Shown here piece by piece: positions 38,263 to 51,200 of a stretch of 64,000 bases of DNA (the first letter of the stretch is position 1; each line of letters starts with the position of its first letter). Origin of the DNA: Felis catus (taxonomy: Eukaryota); NCBI RefSeq assembly GCF_018350175.1, contig NC_058368.1, positions 83,888,001 through 83,952,000 on the forward strand, given 5' to 3'. The translations under genes were made by a program, and so were the position numbers. The notes under the pieces are model-generated. The model did no database searches and was not told the origin of the DNA. It was given only the letters and a program-made list of their open reading frames with translations.

Positions 38263-38878
38263 AAAATAAACAATGGGATATTACCTATAAAAAAGAATGA
38301 AATCTTGTCATTTGCAACACCATGGAGCGAGGTACAGAGTGATGTTAGGTGAAATAGGTTGGTCAGAGAAAGAAATACCATATGATTTTGCTCATATGTG
38401 GAATTTAAGAAACAAAATAAGTGAGCAAATGGAAAAGAGAGAGGCAAACCAAGAAACAGACTCTTTTTGTTAATGTTTATTTATTTTTGAGAAAGACAGA
38501 GTACTAGTGGGGTAGAAGCAGAGAAAGAGGGAGACACAGGATCTGAGGCAGGCTCCTGGTTCTGAGCTGTCAGCACAGAGCCCAAGGTGGGGTTTGGACT
38601 CACAAACCATGAGATCATGACCTGAGCTGAAGTCAGATGCTTAATCAACTGAGCCACCCAAGTGCTCTGAAATGGACTCTTAACTATAGAGAACAAACTG
38701 ATGGTTACCAGAGGAGAGGGGAGGGGAAAGGTGAAATAGGTGATGGGGATTAAGGAGGGCACATGTGATGAACACCAGGTGTTATATGACAGTGTTGAAT
38801 CACTATATCATACACCTGAAACTAATATTACACTGTATGTTAACTAAAAGGAATTTTAAAAAACTTTAAAAAATAAAG
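38263..38878 (+). mobile_element. Carnivore L1 3' end containing a SINE
   Basis: aaaaagaatgaaatcttgtcatttgcaaca...tacacctgaaactaatattacactgtatgttaac, then A tail. Confidence 0.85.
38465..38668 (-). mobile_element. Felid Can-SINE
   Basis: Degenerate TSD gaaacagactct / gaaatggactct; typical body. Confidence 0.9.
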
Positions 38879-39111
38879 TCAAATGAAAATTGGAAATAAA
38901 AATTAACATAGGGGATCATACAGTGTTTTTGGTTTCTTTGGAGAAATGCATACCAGCAGTGGAATTTAAAAAGTACCAATATTTTGACACACAGTTGTGA
39001 ATCCTTGGATTTTTAGTAAATTTATTCAATTACTGGTAATTTAAAATCCTGAAATACACTAGTCCTTGGAACTTCCCCTTATTAGTTTACTGAGTTGGCA
39101 TGTGTAAACAT

Positions 39112-39112
<1 letters not shown>

Positions 39113-39152
<40 letters not shown>
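39113..39152. repeat. (CA)n microsatellite ~100 bp upstream of the OR coding exon
   Basis: Directly visible. Confidence 0.95.
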
Positions 39153-39156
<4 letters not shown>

Positions 39157-39247
39157 TGCTCACTATACATTTATTTCAGGTGGTCATATCCCATCAGTGA
39201 TCTGTTAACTCCATAGTTCTCCTTGGTGATGATGCAGGTGAAATCCA

Positions 39248-40199
39248 ACGGAGAACAACACTTGGGTGGCCAAGCATACTCGACGATCAGATTTTGACCT
39301 AGTGGGACTCTTCAGTCAATCCAAGCACCCAACTCTCCTTTGTGTGGTAATTTTTATGGATTTCCTGATGGCCTTGACTGGAAACATTATCCTGATCCTT
39401 GTGATATGCCATGATGCCCACCTTGACAACCCCATGTACTATTTTATCACCCAGTTGTCTCTCATGGATGTGATGTACATTTCTGTCACTATGCCCAAGA
39501 TGCTCATGGACCAGGTCATGGGTGTGAATAAGATCTCAGCCCCTGAATGTGGGATGCAGATGTTTCTCTACTTGACACTAGCAGGTTCAGAAGTTTTCCT
39601 TCTAGCTGCCATGGCTTATGACCACTATGTGGCCATCTGCCATCCACTCTGTTATCCTATCCTCATGAACCATAGGGTGTGTCTCCTCCTGGTCTCTTCC
39701 TCCTGGTTTCTGGGATCTCTGGATGGATTTATGCTCACGCCCATCACCATGACCTCCCCCTTCTGCAGATCCCAAGAGATCCATCATTTCTTCTGTGAAG
39801 CCCCTGCTGTAATGAAGCTTTCCTGCTCAGATACTTCCCTCTATGAGACACTCATGTACTTATGTTGTGTTCTCATGCTCCTCATCCCTGTGACAGTCAT
39901 TTCAAGCTCCTATTCTTTCATCCTCTTCACCATCCACAGGATGAAGTCAGAAGAGGGGTGGAAAAGGCCTTTGCCACTTGTTCTTCCCACATGACCATGG
40001 TAATCCTCTTCTATGGGACTGCTGTCTACACCTACATGCTCCCCAATTCCTACCACACCCCTGAGAATGACATGATTGTATCTGTCTTTTATACCATACT
40101 CACTCCTGTTCTAAACCCTTTAATTTATAGTCTTAGGAATAAGGATGTCACAAGGGCACTAAAAAAATGTTGAATGTAGAATCTGTCAGGAAACTATAA
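39248..40199 (+). pseudogene. OR2T: Olfactory receptor family 2 subfamily T pseudogene (OR2T4/OR2T5/OR2T29-like)
   Basis: OR motifs [51 protein letters not shown], plus OR2T-type [18 protein letters not shown]. Probable start is ACG at 39248 with in-frame TGA at 39239; 1-bp deletion at 39962-39965; probable second deletion at 40161-40167. Confidence 0.93.
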
Positions 40200-40499
40200 A
40201 GTAGGAAATATTTTGTACTGTTTTTTCTGCACTCTACAAATTAAAACTGTAGGATACTATGCCAATGTTTTACCTCAAATTCTGATACCATGATGTGTCA
40301 TCACCCATTCATCCCTTTCAGTGAAATTGTTTCCCTGTACCAGAAATCTCTTCATTTTTACACTTCTGCATTCAAAAGATTTTGTACATTTGGATTATAT
40401 CCATGTTACATTTTTCTGAAGTTTCCACTGAGATCCTGTAGAAGACTATTCATATTCTTAAGAAATATGTAATGATATATTAGAAACGAAGATCATAAA

Positions 40500-40665
40500 G
40501 TGTTCAACTGATGAGAAAAAGAGATAGAAAGAGGTGATAAAGCAAATGATGTACAAAGTTAAGAGAATCTAGGCAAAAGGTATATGAATATTAATTGTAC
40601 TATTGTTATTATTCATACAAATTTTCTGTAAATTTTAAATTACTTAAGAATAAAACATAAAATAT
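40500..40665 (+). mobile_element. Ancient L1 (L1MC/ME-type) 3' end
   Basis: gataaagcaaatg...gaatctaggcaaaaggtatatg...ttgtactatt...ttttctgtaaattttaaatta...aataaaa. Confidence 0.55.
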
Positions 40666-40919
40666 AAGACTTTTGGCTATTATAAAAAGTTATCCTTGGT
40701 GCATGGTGGCAGTGTAAGTGACAAGTCTTAGATATCATGCTCATGTTAACATGGCTATCATTACTGCAACAATACATTTGTCAGCCTGCAATTAATTAGG
40801 GAAATTCTGGTCTTTAGGTTCCAAACCTCAAAACATCTTGTTACCTCTCTGAAATCATTGTTACATTGTGTTAAAAAGGTACTGTGGGAAAAATATTAAC
40901 CCCAAGTAGGAGGGCTTAG

Positions 40920-41260
40920 GGAATTTTTCCAGCAAAATGTAGTATTGAAGCTGAGATCTGAAGTATCCAGCATTTTATACAAACAAGCAGAGGAAGATCA
41001 TCAAACATTCAATCCTTCATTTATTCAACAACACATTTTATGCTATATTATAATAAAAATAATAACTAGAGCTAAGTGAATTTAACATATAAATAACAAA
41101 TGTCTACTCTCCCTAAGGATGTGATCCATAGGTGTGGTTTGTGCAAATATTTGTAATAAATAAATACTTAAATTGTTTTAAGGTGCATGTGGAGAGGGTA
41201 CAGTTCATAAGCAAGCACCAGTTTTACCTATGACATATGAGTTCAGTCAAAGAGGCTTAA
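40920..41260 (-). mobile_element. L2 fragments
   Basis: cattcaatccttcatttattcaacaacacattt is the typical L2 3' terminus; tattgaagctgagatctgaag is L2-like. Confidence 0.45.
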
Positions 41261-43432
41261 AAGAGACCCTAGAGCTCAGTGTTGAATGATGACCAGATGT
41301 TACGTTCATATGACTATAGAGGGCTGGGACCATGGATCTTGCTCAAGGACATGATGCCGCACAAAAGGAACATTAGGAGCAAAGTTCAGGTGGTTTACCA
41401 AGCAGGAGAGAAATGTTCCAATGGCACCTCCTTTCTGGGTTCACTTTATAGCCCAATTTTTGCCATTTTGTGACCTAGGTATTTACAAATAGTAATAAAA
41501 TGAGACATAGATTTTTAGAAGAGTGAAATTAATGGGAATCATTTGGAGCAGAGCAACATTGGAAGTATGGAGAACAGGTGTGTGAGGAGAGTAAGCTGAA
41601 TAGTGTTTACCTAAGTGGAATGGACCATTCCAATTGGAATTAGGGGCTTTGGGGTATAAGCAGGGTTACTTGCTAATTCTTGTATTTTATTATGCATTCT
41701 AACGTGGGTGAGATGATATTTTGGAGTGATATATATATATATATATGGAATATATTCCATATATATATATACCTATATATATATATATATATATTCCATA
41801 ATGATTAGTAATTCTGAACACCTTTTCATGTACCTGTTGGAATCTATATGTCTTCTTTGACATAGTGTCTATTCAGATCTTCTGCCCTTCTTTAAAACAG
41901 ATTGCATGGGTTTTGCTGTTGTTGTGTGGTGGTAGTGGTGATGGTGGTGGCTATAATTTTGTATGAGTCCTTTATATGTTTTGGATGTTATCCGTTTATT
42001 GAAAATATAATTTGCAAACATTTTCTGCCATATTTGGTTGCCTTTTCATTTTGTGGATGTGTTCTTTTGTTGTGAAGAAGCTTATTAGTTTGATGTAGGC
42101 CTACATATTCAATTTTGCTTTTGGTGTCAAAAAAAAAAGGAAAAAAAACTATCACCAATTCCAATAACAAGGATCATACTGCCTATTTTTTTATCTCTGG
42201 AAATTGTATGATTTCCGGTCTTACATTAAAATCTTAAATGCATGTTGACTTAATTTTTGTATATAGTGCTGCAAAATAGTGGTCTAGTTTCATTTTTTTG
42301 CATGTGACTGTCCAGATTTCCTAACATCATTAATTGAATAGACTATCATTTGTCCATGTTATATTGATGGCTCCTGTGTCATAAAATAATTTACCATGTA
42401 TGCACGGATATATTTCTAGGCTCTCCATTCCATTCCACTGAATGGTGTGTCTGTTTTTATGCTAATACATACTGTTTGGATAACTGCAACTGTCATACAG
42501 TTTGAAATCAGGAAGGATCATGTGTTCAGATTTATCCTTCTTTCTCAAGATTGCTTTGGCTCTTCAGGGTATTTTGTGGTTCCATACAATATTTAGGATG
42601 TTTTTGTTTAATTTCTATGAATTTTTACATTGGAATTTTAATAGGAATTGCATTTAATATATCCTTCAGGTATTATGGAGATTTTAACAATATTAATTTT
42701 TCCAATCCGTGAGCATATCTCTTTTCATTTATTTGTTTCTTCTTCAATTTCTTTCATCACCATCATAGGGTTTTCAGTGTACAGATCTTTCAACTATTTG
42801 TTTAAAGGTGTTCCTTGGTATTTTATTCTTTTTGATGCAATTATAAATGGAATTTTCCATTCCCTTTGTTATTAGTCTATAGAAATGAAACGCATTTTTG
42901 TGTCTTGATTTTGTATCCTGTAACTTTATGAATTTATTAATTCTAACAGATTTTTAAGTTACGTCTTTAAGTTTTTGTATATATATCATGCTGTCTGCAA
43001 ATAAAGGCAGTTTTACTTCTTCCTTTCAAACTTGGACAACTTTCATTTCTTCTTGCCTAGTCACTCTTGCTCAGACTTACAACACCATGTTGAATAAAAG
43101 TAATAAGAGCGAGCTTCTTTGGTTCCTGATTTTAGAGGAAAGATTTTAGCTTCCCATCCTTGAGTATGATGCTAACTGTGGGCTTGACATGTTTAACCTC
43201 TATTATGTCAAGATAAATTTCCTTTATATCCACTTTGTTGAGATTTATCATAAATGGATATTGAATTTTGTCAAATGCTTTCTCTACAGCTATTGAGGTT
43301 ATTGTATGATTTTTATCCTGCATTTTTTAAATGTGGTTTCATCATGTTTATAAATTTTTGGAAGATTAAGATTAACCATCTTTTAATCTCTGGAATAAAT
43401 GCCACTGGAATTTGATGGATCCATATATTTTT

Positions 43433-43641
43433 TTTTTCAACGTTTATTTTATTTTTGGGACAGAGAGAGACAGAGCATGAATGGGGGAGGGGCAGAGAGA
43501 GAGGAAGACACAGAATCGGAAACAGACTCCAGGCTCCGAGCCATCAGCCCAGAGCCCGATGCGGGGCTCGAACTCACGGACCGCGAGATCGTGACCTGGC
43601 TGAAGTCGGACGCTTAACCAACTGCGCCACCCAGGCGCCCC
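43433..43641 (-). mobile_element. Very young felid SINE (SINEC_Fc-type) with perfect 16-bp TSD
   Basis: TSD ggatccatatattttt at 43417-43432 and 43642-43657; CpGs retained (ggggctcgaactcacggaccgcgagatcgtgacc). Confidence 0.96.
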
Positions 43642-44757
43642 GGATCCATATATTTTTGTATATTGTATTTCCAAGTCATTTGTCCCTACAATTTCAATAT
43701 CTTTTTTTTAATTCTTCTTTGATCCATTGTTTTTTTTTCAGTAGGATATTGTTTCATCTCCACATACATGTGGATTTTCTAGTTTCTTTTTGTAATTGAT
43801 TTTCAGTTTCATAACATGTGGTCATAAACAATGCTTGATATGATTTCAATCTTCTTAAATTTTGTAAGCCTTGTTTTGTGTCCTAACATATGGTTTCTCC
43901 TGAAAAATATTCCACATGCACTTGAGAAAAAAATGTTTATGTTGTTTTTGAATGAATTGTTCTGTATATATCTGTGAAGTCTATCTGATCTAATGGGTTA
44001 TTTAAGGCTAATGTTTCCTCATTGCTTTTCTGTGTGGATGATCTAAACATCAATGAAAGTTATTAGGGATCCTTGACATAATTTTATTATTGTTTACTTC
44101 TCACTTTAGGTCTGTTAATATTTGCTTTATATATTTAAGTGACCCTGTTTTAGATGCATATTTTTACAGTGTTTTATTATCTTGTTGGATTAATCACTTT
44201 TATGATTTAGGATTTATCATTTATCATTTGTAATGTCCTTTGACTCTTTGTACAGTGTTTGTTTTAATCTGTTTTGTCTTATAAATATAGTTTTCCCAGT
44301 TTTCTTTACTTTCCATTTGCATGAATTTTTTTTTTACCCTGAAAGTTTTTGTGTCCTTATATCTGAGGTGAGTCTCTTATAGACAACTTATAAATGAATC
44401 TGTCTCTTTTTTTCCTATCTGTTCAGCCACTCTACACTTTGGTTTGGAGAATTTAGCTCATTTACATTTAAACATATTTTGTTAATTGTTTTCACACTGG
44501 TAGTTATTCTGCTTGGGGGGGGTGTGATTTGATTATTTTTTTTTTAGTGGTATGCTTAGATTCCTTTCTCTTTTTAATTTTTTTATCATTTATATGTCCT
44601 GCTTTGCAATTACTTTAAGGCTTACAAAAGAAACTTTTATATAAATAGTCTATTTCAAATTCATTTCAACTGAAGTTTTAACGCATGCTAAAACTGTACA
44701 CTTTTATCTTTCTCTCAAATTTCTTATGCTTTTGATGTCACAATTTACATCTTTTTA

Positions 44758-44977
44758 CTTTTTTTTTTATTTTTTAACGTTTATTTATTTTTGAGACAGA
44801 GAGAGACAGAGCCTGAATGGGAGAGGGTCAGAGAGAGAGGGAGACACAGAATCTGAAACAGGCTACAGGTTCTGAGCTGTCAGCACAGAGGCTGACACGG
44901 GGTTCAAAATCATGGACCACAAGTTCATGAGCTGAGCTGAAGTTGGACACTCAACCGACTGAGCCACCCATGTGCCC
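44758..44977 (-). mobile_element. Felid Can-SINE with 19-bp TSD
   Basis: cacaatttac(a/g)tcttttta at 44739-44757 and 44978-44996. Confidence 0.93.
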
Positions 44978-45745
44978 CACAATTTACGTCTTTTTATCTT
45001 TGTATTCCTTAGCAAATTATTGTAGCTATAATTATTTCTTACTATTTTAGAATTTTAGCCTTCATATTAGCTGATGATTAACTCACCATCTTTATAATAG
45101 ATTATTCTGAACTTTGGTATATTATTTTTACCAATGAATTTATACTTTAAAATTTTTTCCTATTACTAATTAGTACTCTTATTTCATGTAAGGACTCACA
45201 TTAGCATTACTTATAAGGTTTGCTTGCAGTACCGAAGTACTGTAAACTTTGTTTAACTTTTAAGCTGGTCTTTTGTTCAAGTCTTTAATCAATTTTGAAA
45301 TGATTTTTATAGATGATGTGAAATACTTGTCCTTTATTATCTTTTGTTATGTGTATATTTAGTTTTACCAACACAGGTTGAAGAGACCATAATTTCCTGT
45401 GTGTATTCGTAGCTTTGAAATGAAAGATGAGTTATATGCATGGGGTTATATTCTTAGAATCTCTTCAATTCATCAAAGTGCCTCTTTTTAATATCATGTT
45501 GTTCTTGTTTCTTTATTTAGTTTTATTTAAATTCCAGTTAGTTAACAATACAGTGTAATTTTAGTTTCAAGTATACAATTATACTGAATCAACCCTCTTT
45601 TAAAATTTATTTATTTAAACTCAGGTTAGTTAAAATACACTATAGTTTTGGTTCCAGGAGTACAACCCAGGGATTCATCACTTGCATATAACCCCCCATG
45701 CCCAGCCCAACCAATGCCACACTTAAATAAAACACTCAGTGCTCA

Positions 45746-45968
45746 GGGCGTCTGGGTGGCTCAGTTGCCTGAGGGTCTGACTGCTGCTCAGGTCATGATC
45801 TCAGTTTGTGGGTTCAAGTCCCGCATTGGGCTCTGTGCTAAAAGCTCAGAGCCTGGAGCCTGCTTTGGATTGTGTCTCCCTATCTGCTCCTCCCCCATTC
45901 ATGCTCTGTCTCTCAGTGCCTCTCAAACTAAATAAAAGTTAAAAAAATAAAATAATAAAATAAAAAAA
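45746..45968 (+). mobile_element. Felid Can-SINE inserted in a minus-strand L1 3' tip
   Basis: gggcgtctgggtggctcag head, A tail; degenerate TSD aaaacactcagtgctca / aaaacaccaagtactca. Confidence 0.88.
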
Positions 45969-46004
45969 AAACACCAAGTACTCATCACAACAAGTACACT
46001 TGGC

Positions 46005-48140
46005 CTTGCAGCTGAAGTTTACCAACATTCATAGAAAAATTGATACAAATCCTTTTAAACTCTTTGAAAGCATAGAAGTAAAAGGAATACTTTCAAAATC
46101 ATTTATACAGCCAGGGTAAGTTTAATACAAACAAACAAACAAACAAAAAATAATGACACCACAGGAAGAGAAAACTACAGGCCAATATGTATAATGATGG
46201 AAACTTTGTATATACATATATATATGCATCACAGATGGAAAACTTCTCAATAAAATTCTAAAAAAAAAAAAACTAAATTCAACAACCAACAAAAATATTA
46301 TAAACCAACGATTTATCCTTGGGATGTAAGGTTGATTTACTCTCTACAAAACAAACAATGAGATAAACCACACTAAAGTAATAAAAGTAAAAAGCATATG
46401 ATTATTTGATTAAATGCAGAAAAGACATTTGACAAAGTTCACAGTCTATTCATGATAAAAATTCTGTACAAAATAGATATAAAAATTTCCTTAGCACAAT
46501 GAAGACAATTTATGGAAAGCCAACAACTAACATCATAATCAATGGAGAAAAGCTAAAAGTTTTTTGTCTCAAATTTTGAACACTGGAAGGACATTTATTC
46601 TCACCACTTATATATAACATCTTGTTAGAATACTCAAAAGAGCAATCAGATAAAAAAAAAAAGAGGCCAAAGACATCCAAATCAGAAAAGGAGATATAAA
46701 ATTATCTCTGATGCAAATGACATTTTTCTATGTGTAGAGAATCTTAAATACTCTTAAAAAAAAACAAACAACTGTTAGTTCTAACCAAATTCAGTAGTTG
46801 TTTCAGATTACAAAGTGAAATTACAAAAACTGTTGCATTCCTTTATACTAGTAATGATCTACCCAAAAAGGAAATCAAGAGGTCAACCCTAATAGAAAAA
46901 ATACTTAAGAATATATTTAACTGAAGACTTGAAAGGCCTGTACACTGAGACCTGTGGAACATTAATTGAAAGAAATTGAAGAGGAGATAAATACATGGAA
47001 TGGTGTCTCATGCTCATAGTTTGGATGAATTAATAGAGTTAACACATCCATACTATCCAATGTGCTCCATAGATAATGCAATTTCTACCAAATTTCCAAT
47101 GACAGTTTACACAATGGAAAAATCATCTAGAATTTTTATGGAACCACAAAAGATCCTGCATAGTCAATGCCCTCTTGAGAAAGGTACAGATTTAGAGGTA
47201 TTGTGCTTATTTTTTTTTTATTTTAATTGTCTTATTTTACACAGAGAAAGATGATGAGTGGGGGAGAGGGCAAAGGGAGAGAGGGAGAGAGTCCCAAAGA
47301 GGCTCCATGCTCGTGCTGAGCCCAACACAGTGTTCAATCTCATGACCTTGGGATCATGACCTGAGCCAAAATCAAGAATTAGACCCTCAACCAATGGATC
47401 CACACAGTCACGCAGAGGCATCATGCTTCTTGATGTCAAATTATATTTTAAAAATGTAGTCATCTAAACAGGATGATACAAACATTAAAACAAGGGAAAT
47501 AAAACAGACCATAAAAAAGGAGGTCCAATAAATAAACCCAAGCATATATGATCAGCTATTTTTCATAAGAACACAAAACACATAATTACACAATGGGGAA
47601 GGGATAGTTTCTTTTCTTAATGGTACCAGGAAAACTGGATATCCACGTTTAAAATAATATAAGTGGACTCTTATCTTACATGATACATAAAAACCAACTT
47701 ATGCAAAATAAGTCAGAGAAAAAAATACCATGTGATTTCACTCATATGTGGAATTTGAAAAAAAAAATCATAGGTGGAAAAAAGGGAGAGGTTAACCAAG
47801 AAACAGACTCTTAACTATAGAGTGCAAACCAATGGTTATCAGAGGGGAAGGGGTGGGGGGATATATTATAGTGGTGATGGGGATAAAGAAGTTCCCTTGT
47901 TATGATAAGCACTGACTGTTGTATGGAAGTATCAAATCACTAAAGTGTACACTGAAAGCTAATATTACACTGTATATTGACTAACTGAAAAGAAAATAAA
48001 AACTTGGGGAAAAAATAATAAGATACATATAAATAAAAAAATTCAATACCCAAAAACAAATAATGCAATGGGAATAAGAAATGACTAAATATTTTTCCAA
48101 AGAAGATGTACAGAAAGCCAAAACAAACACATGAAAAGAT
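46005..48140 (+). mobile_element. Old L1 ORF2 fragment with nested minus-strand SINE (~47210-47418) and a plus-strand L1 3' end (~47700-48030)
   Basis: gagaaaactacaggccaata; atgcagaaaagacatttgacaaag; caaatgacatt; nested 3'UTR with A-rich end. Confidence 0.8.
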
Positions 48141-48260
48141 GTGTCTTTCTCTGACTGAGTAGTTTCATGTAGCATAATACACTATAGATCCATCTTCATC
48201 ATTGCAAATGGCAAGATTTCATTACTTTTGATGGCTGAGAAATATTCCATTGCTTATATA

Positions 48261-51200
48261 TTTTTTAACTTTTTTATATTTTATTTTTTTTATTTTTTTA
48301 TTATGAAATTTATTGTCAAATTGGTTTCCATACAACACCCAGTGCTCATCCCAACAGGTGCCCTCCTCAATGCCCATCACCCACTTTCCCCTCCCTCCTA
48401 CCCCCCATCAACCCTGTTTATTCTCAGTTTTTAAGAGTCTCTTATGATTGGGCTCCCTCCCTCTCTAACCATTTTTTTTCTTCCCCTCCTCCATGGTTTT
48501 GTGTTAAGTTTCTCAGGATCCACATAGGAGTGAAAACATATGGAATCTGTCCTTCTCTGTATGACTTATTTCACTTAGCATAACACTATCCAGTTCCATC
48601 CACGTTGCTACAAATGGCCATATTTCATTCTTTCTCATTGCCACGTAGTATTCCATTGTGTATATAAACCACAATTTCTTTATCCATTCATCAGTTGATG
48701 GACATTTAGGCTCCTTCCATAATTTGGCTATTGTTGAGAATGCTGCTATAAACATTGGGGTACAAGTGCCCCTATGCATCAGTACTCCTGTTCTCTTGGG
48801 TAAATTCCTAGCAGTGCTATTGCTGGGTCATAGGGTAGGTCTATTTTTAATTTTTTGAGGAACCTCCACAGAGTGGCAGCACCAGTTTGCAAGAGTGAGG
48901 GTTCCCAATTCTCCACATCCTCTCCAGCATCTGTAGTCTCCTGTTTTGTTCATTTTAGCCACTCTGACTGGCATGAGGTGATATATGAGTGTGGTTTTGA
49001 TTTGTATTTCCCTGATGAGGAGTGACGTTGAGCATCTTTTCATGTGCCTGTTGGCCATCTGGATGTCTTCTTTAGAGAAGTGTCTATTCACGTTTTCTGC
49101 CCATTTCTTCACTGGATTATTTGTTTTTCGGGTGTGGAGTTTGGTGAGCTCTTTATACATTTTGGTTACTAGCCCTTTGTCCGATATGTCATTTGCAAAT
49201 ATCTTTTCCCATTCCATAGGTTGCCTTATAGTTTTGTTGATTGTTTCCTTTGCAGTGCAGAAGTTTTTTATCTTCATGAGGTCCCAATAGTTCATTTTTG
49301 CTTTTAATTCCCTTGCCTTTGGGGATGTGTCAAGAAATTGCTGCAGCTGAGATCAGAGAGGTTTTTCCCTGCTTTCTCCTCTAGGATTTTAATGGTTTCC
49401 TGTCTCACATTCCAGTCCTTTATCCATTTTGAGTTTGTTTTTGTGAATGGTGTAAGAAAGTGGTCTAGTTTCAACCTTCTGCATGTTGCTGTCCAGTTCT
49501 CCCAGCACCATTTGTTAAAGAGACTGTCTTTCTTACATTGAATACTCTTTACTGCTTTGTCAAAGATGGTTGGCCATACTTTTGTGGGTCCATTTCTGGA
49601 GTCTGTATTCTATTCCATTGGTCTATGTGTCTGTTTTTGTGCCAATACCATACTGTCTTGATGATTACAGCTTTGTAGTAGAGGTTAACATCTGGGATTG
49701 TGATGCCTCCCGCTTTGGTCTTCTTCAATATTACTTTGGCTATTCCGGGTCTTTTGTGGTTCTATACAAATTTTAGGATTGCTTGTGCTAGCTTTGAGAA
49801 GGATGCTGGTGCAATTTTGATGGCGATTGCATTCAATGTGTAGATTGTTTGGGGGAGTATTGACATTTTAACAATATTTACTCTTCCAATTCATGAGCAT
49901 GGAATATTGTTCCATTTCTCTGTGTCTTCTTCAATTCCCTTCATAAGCTTTCTGTAGTGTTCAGTATACAGATCTTTTAAATCTTTCTTTAGGTTTATTC
50001 CTAGATATTTTATGGTTCTTGATGCAATTGTAAATGGGATCAGTTCCTTTATTTCTCTTTCTGTTGATTCATTATTGGTGTAGAAACGTGCAACCGATTT
50101 CTGTACATTGATTTTGTATCTTGCGACTTTGCTGAATTCATGTATCAGTTCTAGCAGACTTTTGGTGAAGTCTGTCTGCTTTTCTATGTCGAGTAACTTG
50201 TCATCTGCAAAAAGTGAATGTTTGACTTCTTCTTTGCCAATTTGGATGCCTTTTATTTCATTTTGCTCTCTGCTGATGCTATGACTTCCAACAGTATGTT
50301 AAACAACAGTGGTGAGAGTGAACATCCCTTTAGTGTTCCTGATCTCAGGGGGAAAGCTCTCATTTTTTCCCCATTGAGGATTAGTCCCCATCTGTGGACT
50401 TTTCATAAATGGCCTTTATGATGTATAAGTATGTTCCTTCTATTCCGGCTTTCCTGAGGGTTTTATGAGGAAACGATGCTGTATTTTGGCAAATGGTTTT
50501 TCTGCATCTATCAACAGGGTCATATGGTTTTTGTCTTCTTTTATTAAAGTGATGTATCAAATTGATTTGCGAATATTGAACCAGCCTTGCAGCCCGGGAA
50601 TGAATCCCATTTGATCATGGTGAATAATTCTTTTTATGTGCTGTTAAATTCTATTGGCTAGTATCTTCTTGAAAATTTTTGCATCCATATTCATCAGGGA
50701 TATTGGCCTGCAGTTCTCTTTTGTTCTGGTCCTCTGTCTGGTTTGGGAATCAAAGTAATTCTGGCTTCATAGAATGAGTCTGGAAGTTTTCCTTCACTGT
50801 CTACTTTTTTGGAACAGCTTTGGAAGGATAGGTATTAACTCTAATGTAATGATTTGGTAGAATTCCCCAGGGAAGTCATCTGGTCCAGGACTCTTATTTG
50901 TTGGGAGATTTTTGATAACTGATTCCATTTCTTCAGTAGTTATGGGTTTGTTCAAATTTTCTATGTCTTTCTTTTTGAGTTTTAGTAGTGTGTGGGGGTT
51001 TAGGAATTTGTTCATTTCTTCAAGGTTGTCCAGTTTGTTGGCATATAATTTTTCATTGTATTCCCTGATAATAGCTTGTATTTATGAGGAATTGGTTGTA
51101 ATAATTCCATTTTCAATCATGATTTTATCCATTTGGGTCCTCTCTCATTTTTTTTTTTGAGATGCCTGGCTAGAGGTTTAGGAATTTTGTTTATTTTTTC

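Larger units (their letters stand above)
41690..45250 (-). mobile_element. Old L1 (ORF2 and upstream, with internal deletion)
   Basis: Minus-strand ORF2 translation [23 protein letters not shown] and collinear L1 sequence. Confidence 0.85.

Noticed and set aside
37644..38878. Possible twin-primed L1
   Set aside because: Both halves have their own different 3'UTR and tail and overlap in consensus position, so they are two separate insertions.
43399..43799. 72-114 aa ORFs
   Set aside because: Translations of Can-SINE sequence.
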